Source of the DNA: Euprymna scolopes
Taxonomy: Eukaryota
Reading direction: 5' to 3' (one strand)
Length of the DNA stretch: 64,000 nucleotides
NCBI GenBank assembly: GCA_053919585.1
Contig: CM132790.1
Made by a program: the position numbers and the translations under genes. This document shows positions 40,188 through 53,900 of the stretch, piece after piece. Positions within the stretch are counted from its first letter, which is position 1. Every line of letters begins with the position of its first letter. Below the pieces are notes generated by a model. It worked only from the letters and a program-made list of their open reading frames with translations. It was not told the DNA's origin and made no database searches.

Positions 40188-40560
40188 GAAAAACACCTGT
40201 CTAGCTGAAACGACTCAGTAATTTTCCCCACTCTTTCCCACTCTTATCTGTGCCTAAATCAAAACGTAGATTCCATGAACAGGGCTTCTTTTTTAGAAGT
40301 GCACACCAGTGGAACTCTCTTCCGTTTGCCTGTTTCCCACCGGACTACAAATTGGATGTCTTCAAGTCCAACATAAACGAATTCCTGATGAATCACCCCT
40401 TAAGTAAGACACCAGTACTCAAATCTCCATTACCAACAATTACTACAATACTATCCCATTGATTACTGTACTCGCAATAACCCTTATCCCCGAGTGGCTT
40501 CCGGGCCTTGATAAGTGGTGACCTCCATGTAAAAAAAGAAAAAAAAAAAAAGAAAAAAAG
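40186..40560 (+). mobile_element. CR1 family A 3' fragment
   Basis: PKSKRRFHEQ..WNSLP, 3' UTR and A-tail. Confidence 0.9.
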
Positions 40561-41638
40561 AGTGGTCTGAATTTTGATCAAAGGAATTGTGCCAGTGATT
40601 GATCAAAATGGTGAGCCACCATCCACAAAGTTACACAAAGTAACAACAGCAGTGATACAAACTACGGACTTTCAGTGACCCTACTGTGCCAGATCCTGCA
40701 CTTTCAGTCTGGGGTTGTGCGGCCACCTCCAAAAACACAGAGGAGTTGTCAAAATGAAACGTCTTCAAACATGATGAACTACAAACAACCGATTATTAAA
40801 TGAAAAACATTGACATTTTGCTGATTACAGATTATTTTTAATTCTTTAATAACTAGCATAAGGTTTTACAGTTTATAGAGTTTAAGAAGTCTTATAGAGT
40901 TGAACACTTCCATAATTAATCATTTATGCTTAGTGCTAAGTAGAAAAGATAAAAAGAAATGGTAAAATTTATGAATAAAGTTTGAAATAAATAATAGTAT
41001 TAATAAAAGTAATAATGAATAATGACAAATAGGAATATAAATTAGTAAATAATCAATTAAATAAAACTATTTAAGAGGGTGTAAAGTGTAAATGATCAAA
41101 TCAATGCTTAATTTTGACTAGCCAATCAGGTTTCACATTTATCACTGTCAGAAAAAAAAAAAAATTCCAATCACTTTCATTGCTTACATATACTATTCGT
41201 TCCAATGACTATTATGACGTGACCGTCTTGAGGAGCGATACTGCTCCCCATTGGTGAGATTAAAATCTAAAACCCTGAGTAAGGCCAGGAAAATATGCTG
41301 AAACTGTCCATTAAATGTTGATTGAATCCCAGACAGCAGCAGATGACCTATAAAAAAGGTACGGATTTATTGTGCCTTGTAAAAACATATTTTGTTTAAA
41401 ACAATGACAAGAAATGTCAGCATGATGTAGAAATGAAATCATACACTCGTTGTCCTAAGGATCACCTGCTCACACGTGACAATGTTGACCTTTTTGAGGG
41501 CGTGTGAGAGAAATTTACTTTTGGTCCCAGATTTGCAAACTATGGACGAGCTATTAAAAGTGCACACACGCAAAAGAGTCGGGTATTTCCTGTTTGACAT
41601 GTTGGGTTCTGGTTGGCTGGGCGGATCGCCCAACCAAC

Positions 41639-42345
41639 TTTTTTTTTTTTTAATTACATTTTCACCCCAAACAAGGCAAATTGCCACTTTGGTGTAGGGG
41701 GCTACTATCAGGGGCAACAACTACTGGGGTACTATGTAGGGATTTGGGCAGCAAGAATTCGGTTCACATTACACTTGAACTTCTGCATGTCAGTACAGTT
41801 GGGGAAGCAGGGACCTGGAATGGAATTCCAGAGTCTAGCGGTTCTGGGGAAGAAACTACTGGAGTAGAAAGATCTTTTACATCTATGGATCTCAACTGTG
41901 TAGGTGTGGGATTTAGCTGCCTGTAGGGTTTTTCGGGGGTGTTTACGTCGTGGGAGCACAAGTGTCTGCAGTTCGCCAGAGCATTCACCATTAAAATATT
42001 TTTATAACAGGCAGAGGGATGCAACATTTTGCCGATGGGACAGAGACATATTGTTCGTCAGTCAGAAGTTTAGCATCTGTAAGGTGATGGACTAGAGCAT
42101 GGTTAATTAAGGTCTCAAATATTTTGGCAAAAAGTGGGAGGAGGCTAATGGGGCAATAATTTAATGGGTCTGCTCTTTCGCCAGAATTCTTGAATACTGG
42201 TACCACAGAAGCAGTTTTCCAACAACCCGGAAAGCAAGATTCATTAAGGCATTTGTTGTAGAGTTTGGAGAGAACTGGAGCTACTTCGGCTGAGCACTTT
42301 TTTAATAGCACAGCTGGGATGAGATAGAGTCCACATGCTTTTGAA
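41639..42345 (-). mobile_element. CR1 family B fragment, internally deleted
   Basis: KACGL..NYCPISLL joined to the C-terminal FFPRTARLWN region; A-tail. Confidence 0.85.
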
Positions 42346-43074
42346 AAAGAAAACACCCAGGCCGAATTGAGCAGATTAAGCCAGACTTCCGGGAGTGAGG
42401 ACCTAATCAAGAGATATCACCTTAACCCAACCGTCGCCACCACCGCCATCGTAAAGAACAAAGAATAAGACATTTGGAGAATCTTGATGTTTTTGGTATA
42501 ATCAAACTGAACGATGTATATATGTAAAAACTTGTAATTTTTGTGAAATTAACTTTTCGTAGCTAGAACCCACAGAGTAAGTTTTTATTTCCTGGCGTGC
42601 ATGCAAGCTAATTGATTTTCAGCAGAATCAACCTGAGACGCTTAGAATTTATGTGAAGATCTCCCGAAAAAAGACGATCACGACCATTTCCTTTTCGATG
42701 AAGTCTGAGGCCATCTGCTGACCTGGGCGGGAGAGGCTCACACTATTTCTAGAATAGAAATTTACAGCGATTCACTTTTTTTTTTTTACAAAGAACAAAA
42801 AAAACTGTCTTCATTTCATAGGAAGATACTTTGTTAAAAATTCATTTTTATTTGAAAAGCAAACACTTTTCACAATGTAGACATTCACTTACTTGAATTT
42901 AGAATTTAAACCAAATACAATTGTACAATTAAAATAAAAAACTTCTAACATGAGCTTTTCTTTGTATACTATATAAACATTTACAAATAACAATGCTGTT
43001 TAAGAGGATTATCTTAACGTTTAAACGGATAAATAAAATTATTAATTGATCAAAGATAAAAAAAAAAAGAATCA

Positions 43075-43281
<207 letters not shown>

Positions 43282-43655
43282 TCAGACAACATGATGGGCG
43301 ACTAAAAGGAAGCCACAGAATTAGGCAGTGCACCCAACTCAATTTAGGAGGAAGAGAGCAGCAGTAGTGGTGGTGATAGTAGTAGTTATAGTAAATATCG
43401 GACATATGCTAATACCAATAGTTTGGCCAGAACAAACAAAAAAAAAAAAAAAAAAAAAAGAAGCTTATGGAGCTCTGGAGTAAAAGATACTCAAATGGCT
43501 TTTGGTGTTGATAAGTTAATTAGTTTATTAGTTAAAAAAAAACTTTTCTGGATTTTAATTACAGTTTTACATAGTAATAATAAGATTAGAATAAACAAAT
43601 GCAATGAATATGTTATAAAATAAAACCAGCACAAAAAAAAAAGGCTGGGTCTATA

Positions 43656-44143
43656 CAGGGTGATATCTTTCTGTAATTTTAACACAATCTGACCAAGACA
43701 TTGGGAAATTAAAAAAATAAAAATAAAAAAATGCAAAATCCAAATAATCTTTTAATAAAAAAATAATATCTTTTAAATGTTGCCCATTTTCAGCTTCACA
43801 TATTTGTGCTCTTTCCAAAATATTATGACAGATTGCAGAATCTCTGGATTGCGATTTCATTCCTAATTTTTTCCTTCAATTCTTCCAGAGTTTGGGGTTT
43901 GTTAACAGACTCATTAAGATATCCCCACAAGAAAAAGTTGGGGCTAGTTAAGTCTGTTTTGGAAAGAGCACAAATATGTGAAGCTGAAAATGGGCAACAT
44001 TTAAAAGACATTTTTCATAAATAAAATTTGTTTAAATTTTGCATTTTTTGTTTTAAATTTCCCAATGTCTTAGATGTATTAAAATATTATCAAAAATAAA
44101 GAATCAAAGTTCAAAACCCTTCAGTGACTTTTTGGACAGCCTA
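43656..44143. mobile_element. Tc1-like derivative made of two inverted right ends
   Basis: TA|CAGGGTG start; FFLWGYL..KPQTLEELK transposase tail; perfect 52-bp inverted repeat 43769-43820 / 43957-44008. Confidence 0.75.
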
Positions 44144-44545
44144 TACAATAAGCATTGCACAATCAGGATTAAAAAATAAATAAAGAATTATTTTTGTTTA
44201 TTTACATTTTTACATTCAGTTATAAACAATGTTATAGGTTTTGAATGGAAATTTTGTGCTTACAATAGTTATTTTAATAAATAAAAATCATATGTAAAAT
44301 TTATGATGTTTATGCAGAGATTACTGTGCTATTTTTTTTAATAGTATTTTCAAGTTAAATTCAAGTTTTACGATATCTTTTTATTAAATTGTTAGGTGAA
44401 AGAACAAAATGGTCAGAAAATATCTTTCCCTCCCTATGTTAAAAATAGGTTTCTAAATAACATTATTTCAGCATGGTAACTTCTCTGCATAGAATTATAT
44501 GAGTGATATTACTACTCAAACATTAAAACAATGCAGTGTAGTACA

Positions 44546-44677
44546 NNNNNNNNNNNNNNNNNNNNNNNNNNNNNNNNNNNNNNNNNNNNNNNNNNNNNNN
44601 NNNNNNNNNNNNNNNNNNNNNNNNNNNNNNNNNNNNNNNNNNNNNNNNNNNNNNNNNNNNNNNNNNNNNNNNNNNNN
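44546..44677. other. Assembly gap (132 N)
   Basis: Run of N. Confidence 1.
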
Positions 44678-44940
44678 CTGGTTCCCGTTAAATCACTGAA
44701 GTTAAGCAATGTTGAGTCTGGTCAATACTAAAATAGGTGACCATTTCGGAATTCCAGGTGCTAAAAGTACTCTCTGCTTATCTCAGCATTTTTCCAGTCA
44801 GTTTTGAGCCTCTCTTTGCCACTGGACCCAAGAAGTACCGATTCAGGAGTAATTGCGCAACCCTTGCCTCATAATTACACGTGTAGCTACCTTTACAGGG
44901 GTGTCCATTTTCTCTTGAGACTGAACGGAGGCATCTATCT
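44678..44940 (+). mobile_element. 5S rRNA-derived SINE (SINE3-like); 5' end lost in the gap
   Basis: CTGGTTCCCGTTAAATCACTGAAGTTAAGCAATGTTGAGTCTGGTCAATACTAAAATAGGTGACC..CCAGGTGCT aligns by eye to invertebrate 5S rRNA including box A; followed by a non-5S body. Confidence 0.75.
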
Positions 44941-46387
44941 ATATGTAAATAATAAAGTCAAAGTTAAAATGACTTTTCCAGGTCTCATTTCGATGTGCCT
45001 ATTGTATCCATGATCCAAAAGTTTTAAGAAAATTCAAGTCAACAATTTCTAAGCTGTTAAAATTTGAATATTTATCCGTTATTAACAAAATCCTATTTGT
45101 TTACTTATACTATAAAATCATTCATTTTAAATTCTAAAAATAAACAAAATTAGATTTTCAGTTCTTCCTTAGAATTGACCCTATATTTAAAAAAAGTAAG
45201 AAAAACCTGCATGGTGCACATACACGTGATATAATGAAAATAGCACGTTTCAAAAATCACATAATTAATCAAGTGGTTTTATAAAAAAAACAAAAAAAAA
45301 AAAAAACTTTATGGAGTCAGAAAGGAGCAACTCTTGAGTTGACATCTTGCAAAAATTTTAAGAAACAAGGCAGATAATTCGACAATCCAAACTTTCAAGA
45401 TTTCTGTTGTCTAATTCTCATTTAAAACTTATTTTTTTTATAAAAATAAAACTACTTGATCAATTTATGTGATCTTTGGAATATGATATTTTCGTTTTGT
45501 CACAGTTATGTATATCATACAGACTTTTCTTTGTTTTTTTTAATGCATGAGAATTTTAGGCAATAACCATATTTTCTTGTATAACTACTAATTAATTTGT
45601 TAAAATATTACTTTTGGGGTTGAAATGCATTTAATAATCAAGTTTTATCAAATTATGGTAAACATGCAGCACTAAATGTCGGACAAGCGTTATTTTTTTT
45701 TTAGATTTTATTTTAAATATAGTAAAAAAAAAAAAAAGGCCAAACTATTGGCTTATAAAGACTTAAAGATCTTCCAATTGAAGAAAAAAAAACAAAAACA
45801 AACAAAAATGTAGATGCTCTTTTGATTGAAAAAGTAAATTGATGCATATTAAGTTTGAGCAAGATTTTTCTTTTTAAAATCTGTTAAAAATTTTACTATT
45901 TTACACAGATTAAAAAAAAAAAAAAGATTTAACAATGATTAACGAAATAGATGCAAGACATCAATTCAGAAGACAAATTCTATCAAGATCTCTCAAAAAG
46001 AAAAAAGTCTCTGCTCAAACAACTTAAAAATTTTTTTTTTCCCTAATCTTCAAAAAAATTAAAATACTAATTGAGAGGGTGCACGGCCAAAGAAACCCGA
46101 CAACAAGATGCAGTGACACAGCTGTAGTGTTCGCAATATTAAACCTTTTGACGTTTTCAAACGTTTTTATATAAATATATGCATTTATTTGGAGAATTGG
46201 TTTAGTAAAGTGATATTAAGAACATGTTTAAAATAAAAAAAATGAGATTAAGAACATAGAAGATATCTTCCTTCAACCTGACAAATATATAAATAAAACT
46301 ACACTTTCACACTAAGTAAACAAAACAGCATCTATTGCTAACATATTACACTGTCACAAAGCGAAGGCAATAGATCTATAGTGAACT

Positions 46388-46700
46388 ATGAATAGGCGTT
46401 CCAAAAGTAAAGTCTCCTATTTTTTTTTTTATTCCACCCGAATGGATCATAGGAGATTACAAATTGCATTGTTATGATGACGGACCTTCTGCATTCATGA
46501 CTTAAAGTTTGATCTCTCTGTTGCAGATATTGTTGGTGTGAGACTCTAAAAAAGCAACCCCTGTCATGGACATGCATCAGAAGCAGAGATGTGTCATTGA
46601 ATTCTTGGCAAAAGTGCATTGAGAATAGTGGTGCCTACATCGAAAAATAAACTCTGGAGCACAAAAGATTGCTCATTTTAATGGTAGCACTCCTGTCTTT
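46388..46700 (+). mobile_element. Mariner deletion derivative
   Basis: N-terminus MDMHQKQRCVIEF joined to a WQKCIENSGAYIEK* C-terminus. Confidence 0.6.
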
Positions 46701-46891
46701 GTAGCTTTAGAAATGAGCTTCATATTATACAATTATCAGCTAAGCTTTGATATTGTTTGCTTTTGCTATTGCCTGTTCTGTAGATGGTGCTGTAACCAGA
46801 ATACTATTGTATATTGCACAACAGTTAATAGACTAAATACACAGAGTCAACAGATTATACTTAGAAATCGCTATTTCCTTAAATAAATAAA

Positions 46892-47068
46892 ATTGTATTT
46901 GTATTAATCGAACTAATGTTCTCATCTTGAGTGTTATTTGCACGTTTTGGTCAATGTAAACCCTAACCTTTCTCAAGTTTATAAATCACCAGGAAAAGGT
47001 TATAGGTTACATTGTGCAAATAACACTTAAAATGAGAACATTAGTCCGACTAATCGAAATAATACAAT
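46892..47068. repeat. Fold-back element
   Basis: ACTAATGTTCTCAT..GTGTTATTTGCAC / GTGCAAATAACAC..ATGAGAACATTAGT. Confidence 0.8.
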
Positions 47069-47384
47069 CATCCCTCATCTAAAAAGTTCAAAACTATAAA
47101 AGGATTGGAATTTGCAACTATGTCCATTTCGAGTACATTAACTGAGCAAACGATCTATGTTCGTGATGATAGAAATGCATCTGCATAGCTTGATAGAACT
47201 TGCATCACATGCCCTCAAAAATTGCTTGATCAGGGTCGAGTTTATTCCCGTATAAAAGAATGCAAATTATAAAGAATTATCCACAATGTTTAACAAGAAA
47301 ATTATCTCTTTGAAGGCTGTATAAACAGAGTTAGCACGTTTGCATTCAGAAACTGAGATGTCAACATGATGATCATTAAAATAT

Positions 47385-47785
47385 GGGGTGCTTGTTTACA
47401 TTGTTTATCTTTTAAACCAACTCATTTCAGGTGAAAACATTATGTACTTATGTGTCATGGCAAATTTAGTATGAATTCCAAAAATTGATCCAGTAGATGT
47501 GCTAGATGTGTTTTTAACAAAAAAAAAATCATCCACAATTACATTCTTTTAAAAATGGTGAACCCTTAATTTAAGTCAACGGAGATAAGTCAGTTTGATG
47601 TACAGAATTGGCTGCACAACTTTTCCACATTTAAACACGATAAATTCTATTTTTACTGGATCATTTTTTGGAATTTTTGGAGTTTATACTAATTTCGACA
47701 CAATACCTAAGTATGTAATAATGTTTTCACCTGAAATGCGTGGGTAAAAAAAAAAAAAATCACTAATGTAATCAAGCACTAAATA
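47385..47785. mobile_element. Fold-back MITE; related copies at ~49520-49850 and 58020-58418
   Basis: CATTTCAGGTGAAAACATTAT / ATAATGTTTTCACCTGAAATG arms. Confidence 0.65.
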
Positions 47786-49083
47786 TCGCACATGAAAGTA
47801 TATGTAGTCTGTACTAAAGTGTTATACTTTTAAGTTTTGCCATTGCATATTTTTGTTATTGCATGTTCTTGTGAATGCTATCTTACAGCCCCTTTACCTC
47901 CAGGATTAATTTCTTCACTCTAAGTATTAATAAACTTCTGCGTTTAGTCATTCTAACAAAAAAATATAATAATAAATAGTAAAAAGCAATCATACAAGCT
48001 TTAAAGCAGCTTACTAACAAAACAAAAACAAATTCATTTAAAATTCAAAGCTGAAAAAAAGAAAGGCTTAGTTATCACAGCAGAAAAGTTTTCATAAAAC
48101 AATTTGAACAAGTTATTACAAGTTTTGCATAAGTTAGGAATACAGATTTGTGACTCTTAAGGTTTGAAAAGGTAAATTAATATTACAGAATGTAAAGGAT
48201 GAATGGAATAAAATATAAAATGTAGCTTTAGATGCAACACTAATAATAAATTAGTGAAAGTAAAAAAAGCAATCGAGAATAATAGGAGACTTGAAGTTCG
48301 GTGAAAGCAACGTCAGATAAAAACTTTGCATTGATATAAACATGTTCCATTTACTTAACTGGATTTCCTGTTTTAGTTAGAAAATGAGTTATCAAATTGC
48401 CTAAATTTGGTTTTAGTATTATAAAAATATAAAAAATATATTATTTTATGAAATATGTATGGATATATAGCAATATATTAGTCAAATAGGGCCAACTTAA
48501 AAAAATATTAGAAATGGAATTTCCAACATAACTTTTACTTGATTTCAGCAGCATTCACTCAGGATGGGTTCAGCTGGCTCCCCATATAGAGCACACAGCA
48601 TCATAGATGATGCAGATCATGTACGACTGTCCACAACAGCTAAGATAATTATGTCAGTTCCAGGACCAGCTGCAAACATTGTAAAACCTGTAGACCATAG
48701 GTAGGTTCAACGTCAGCTTTGATGGTGTGTAACCATGTTCTCGGTTGGCCTCCAGGGCATCTTCACCAATCTGGAGCGATTGCTTTGTAGATAAATTCTT
48801 TTGTGTTGTGGCGTGCAATATAGCTGCATCAATGAAGTTTCCCAACTTGTTGGACTTGTGAATGTTTCTGTCAAACTCGGGAATTTGGACGGAATTTCAA
48901 ACGGAACCCTTTATTTACTTCACGGGGGTAGCATGTTCTCGTTCTGCCAGCCATGACTGGATGTCCTAAGTAATTCGCAATTGTATTACCCTCTCAATTC
49001 CCCACATAGTCAAGTGACAAGTAGCAATATGTCTTTGGGGTGAAAAAAAAAAAAAAAAATTGAAGCAAATGCTATATAATATA

Positions 49084-49176
49084 TGATAATATAGTAAAGT
49101 TATAACTTTTATTCCTCATCTTTCATTTATATAATGAAAGATGAGGAATAAAAGTTATAACTTTACTATATTATCA
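49084..49176. repeat. Perfect palindrome, 44-bp arms with a 5-nt spacer
   Basis: TGATAATATAGTAAAGTTATAACTTTTATTCCTCATCTTTCATT-tatat-exact reverse complement. Confidence 0.95.
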
Positions 49177-49775
49177 GAACAATAAGGAACAGTAAAAGGG
49201 GGAAAATTAGAAAAAAAAAAACGAAACCTCTTTAGGTCATTGCATTTTGAAACGAAATACTTCTCAGAAGAGGCCAAAATTATACAAAATACAAACATAG
49301 ATAAAAATTGGCTTAATAAACTTTAAATATGAAATGAATATGAAGGAATAGGATAATATGGTAAAAAAATAAGACATTAAAAGTAGGTACGATATATAAG
49401 AGTAAATCAGGAGGGTAGTATATATGTAGGTAATAGTAAAAAAAAAAAAAAAGTACAGACACATAATATAAAAAAATTATGCATCCTTCATTGTAAATAT
49501 TTGGTGTTTACTAAGATATAGTCGACAAATCGATTTTTTAAATATATCATTTTAAGCAAAAATAATCTTACATACTTAATTGTCATGTTGAAAATAGCAA
49601 TATATCCAAAAGCTATGAAAATTCATCGAGTAGAACAATTGCTATTGTATTTTTAGGAAAAATAATACAAAATATGTTTCAGAGTTATGTCCCCTGCGTG
49701 TAGACTCTTCCTGTCCACTTTATAATGTCTAACATGCGATTTTACCCAATTTTCCGTAAAAATTACTTTCAACTA

Positions 49776-50306
<531 letters not shown>

Positions 50307-50318
50307 TTAATGTTTATA

Positions 50319-50529
50319 CAGGGTGACTCCCCCCAAAAAAACAGAGGACATTTAATTGTTTTTCTGAGCATTTTACAATCAACAGAAAAAAATAGGCCAA
50401 AGACCCTTGTGTTTTGATGTGATGTTTTGAATATAATAAACTAGTTATAACCAAAGTTTCATTTCATTCGGACAAAACACTAAGAAACGGGGCCTAATTA
50501 GAGTTAGGGTCCGTTTTTGGGTCACCCTG
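50319..50529. mobile_element. Tc1-type MITE
   Basis: TA|CAGGGTGAC ... GTCACCCTG|TA. Confidence 0.8.
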
Positions 50530-50929
50530 TATGAATAAATGCGAAAGTCTTGTTTCGCGTTTACAATAAAATTATGAATAAAATATTATTTTAAATTCAT
50601 GTTTTAAGTAAGAAACGAAAACAAAAAATGATTCTGTTCATCGAGAGAATCGTAGACGCCCAATAAGTGTTAGTGATAATTTTTTCAACAAAAAGCACTT
50701 CCTTCTGAAATTGATCAACATATTTTTAAGCAAAGAAAGGTTTTAAATCTACATATATGTTTGTTTGTTTGTTTGTTCAGTTTATTGGCCTATCAACAGC
50801 TGCATGGTCATTTAAGGCCAAATAAGTTCATTTTTTTTTTTCTTTGGATGTCTTAGTAAGGCAGGTGTTCTTTATTTTCCAGTATGTCAAGGTAAGATTG
50901 GAGGAAGGTCTGTAAGAGATTTGGGTTGA

Positions 50930-50960
<31 letters not shown>

Positions 50961-50974
50961 CTTTTTTGGTAGAT

Positions 50975-53900
50975 TTATACTTTGGAGGAGAGGTTTACCT
51001 CTTTCAAGTAATTTAGAATTGTTTTTTCATTTATTTTTTCAAAGAGATCTTTAATGTTGTTAATGCTGTAGTGTTTTTGGCGTAGGGGAGCTAGGTCAAT
51101 GCAGTTAATTAAAAAATGTTTAACGGTGTAGTTTTCTTGGCAAGGTAAGCATTGAGGTAGATTTTCTCCTTTTAATAGGAATGAGTGGGTGATATTTGTA
51201 TGCCCTGTTCTTAATCTTGTAATGATCACTTCTTCTCTCCGGTTTAGTTTAGATTTGGGATTCCATTCTCCAAGTGTAGGTTTGATTTCTTGTAGCTTGT
51301 TTTTTGTATAAGTGTTCCATTGTTGTTGCCATTTTGTTTTGATATACTGGTTTATGGTTGGTTTAAAGTCAGTGTAGGGGATTTTTATGTTGGAGATTTC
51401 CAAGTTTAGTGACTCTTTAGCAGCTAGGTCAGCTTTTGTATTCCCTAGGATGCCAATATGGCTTGGGATCCAGCATAGGATGATTTGTTTTTGAGTATGG
51501 AGAGAATCGAGTTTGTTTAATAGATTAGTTATTAGCGGATTGCAAATGTTCTTTTCTTTTAATGAAGTTAGGACTGATAAAGAGTCCGAAAATATTATAA
51601 ACTTGTTTGCTTGATCAGCACTTATAATATTAAGGGCCAGGTTTATTGCTGAGGCTTCAGCACTAAAGATGGAAGACCTATCAGGTAGGCGTTTTTGGAT
51701 TTTTCTTTGCCGATAAATAGCAGAGCTTTCGACTTTTTCTTTGGTTTTAGCTCCGTCAGTATAAATGTGTTCATAGTCCGGATAGTCATGAAGGATGTCA
51801 TGTATTTTTTCCATATAGATGGATTTGATTATGTTCGATTTGGGGTGTTTAGAGAGATCTAATAGTATAGGAGAGTGTTTTGGATGTTCGGGTGGGTTTA
51901 CAGCAGTTTTGGAAAGCCAGGGTGGATGTTTGAGTGTAGAAGCTTTGTGGATTTGCGAGATGTTAATTTTGGCTTTGTCTTTTATTTCTTTCATACGGAG
52001 ACCATAAGGCTTGATTGCTTTTTCCTTTTTTTGGAATAGGATTTGGTGTTTGGGGTGAGATACACTCTGGTATATAGGGCTCAAAGTGTTAGATGCAAGT
52101 TTTGTATAGTATTGTAGGGCTAATTTTGTCCGTCTCATTTCAAGTGTAGGTTCATTCGCTTCTGCATAAAGACTCTCGACTGGTGTAGTGGGAAATGCTC
52201 CAAGTGCTAGTCGGAGTCCTTGGTGGTGAATTGTGTTCAGTTCTTTAATGTAGGATTTTCTTGTTGCACCGTAGATAAAGCAGCCATAGTCCAACTTTGA
52301 TCTTATCAGTGTTTGATAGAGTTTTAGAATTGTTTTGCAATCAGCTCCCCAGTTTGTATGAGCTATGGTTCTCACAAGTTGCATTCTTTGGTTGCATTTT
52401 TTCCTTAAGTATTTAATGTGGGGTATGAAGGTGAGTTTTTTGTCAAAGGTGATTCCAAGATACTTGTATTGATCCGTAACTGTTAGTCTATTATTGTTAA
52501 TTTTTAGCTCGGGGTCAGGATGCATTTTTCTATGTTGGCAGAAGTGAACACATTTTGTTTTTGTTTGAGAAAAGCTGAAGCCATTTTTGGTAGCCCAGCT
52601 AGTAATTTTGTTGATGCATAATTGTAGGTGTCGTTTAATAGTGTTCATATGTTTGGCCTTAAAACTAATCATGAGATCGTCAACATAGATGGCATAGTTT
52701 GTTCCGAAGTTTATGTTATTAACTATATTGTTTATTTTCACATTAAAGAGTGTAACTGAAAGAATTCCACCTTGGGGAACTCCCAATTCTTGTTTTTGAG
52801 ACTTTGATAAGATGTTTCCGAGTCTTACTTGGAAGGTTCTGTCACTCAGATAGTTTTTGATAAATGTTGGCATTCTGCCTCTTAGACCTAGTTCATTCAG
52901 GTCTTTTAATATTCCATACTTCCAAGTGGTATCAAAAGCTTTTTCTATGTCAAAGAAAACTGTTACCACATGTTCTTTGAGGATGAAAGCTTCTCTAATA
53001 TAGGTTTCCAAATTTATGATATGGTCAATAGGGCTTCTACCCTTTTGGAAGCCTGCTTGGTGTTCAGAGATTAGGTGATTTCTTTCTAGATACCAGGATA
53101 GTCTTCTATTGATCATTCGCTCGAGGGTTTTGCAGATGCAACTAGTAAGTGCAATGGGACGGTAGTTTATTGGATCTGAGGGGTCTTTTGAAGGTTTAGG
53201 TATGGGAATTATAATGGCATGTCTCCAAGTGTCGGGGAATTTTTCATTGATCCAGATATCATTGAAAATTTTGAGGAGGTATTCTTTTGATTTCATTGGC
53301 AATTCTTTTAGGAAGATATAGGGGATTTCATCTGGTCCGGCTGTTGAATTATGGATGTTTTTGAGAGATTCTTCTAATTCGTACATAGTAAGGATTTGAT
53401 TGTAATATTCAGTGTTGTCTGAATGGAAGCGGATTTGTTGTTGTTCTGCTTGGTTTTTGATGACTTGGAATTCTTTGTTCCTATTAGTTGGTGAGGAGTT
53501 TTTGGCAAAGTTTTCTGCTAAGATTTCAGCTATTTTTTCTTTGTTAGTGATTTTGACATTGTGATGGATGAGATGTTTATTAGCTTGTTTAGTGTATTTC
53601 CCAGTAATTTTGTTTATCATGTTCCATATTTCCTTAGGTTTGGTGTTTGAATTTAGTTGGCTAACATAAGTTTGCCATGTTGATTGCTTAGCTTGCTTAA
53701 TGGTTCTGCGAGCTTTGGCTCGGTTTATTTTGTAATTTTCTAAATTTTCTTTAGTTGGTTGGCTATTAAATTTTCTGAGTGCTGTTCGTCTGGCTCTGAG
53801 CGCTTCTTTGCAATCTTTGTTATACCAAGGCTTGTTATATCTTGTTGATGGGGAGCTTTTAGGAATAGTTTTCTCAGCTATAATATTTAGAGTATTGGTG

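Noticed and set aside
44678-44763. Functional 5S rRNA gene
   Set aside because: Box C is degenerate, there is no oligo-T terminator, and it continues into a body shared with another dispersed copy.
48545-48845. Coding-like fragment on - strand
   Set aside because: Short and interrupted; possibly an old retroelement piece, but no motif confident enough to call.
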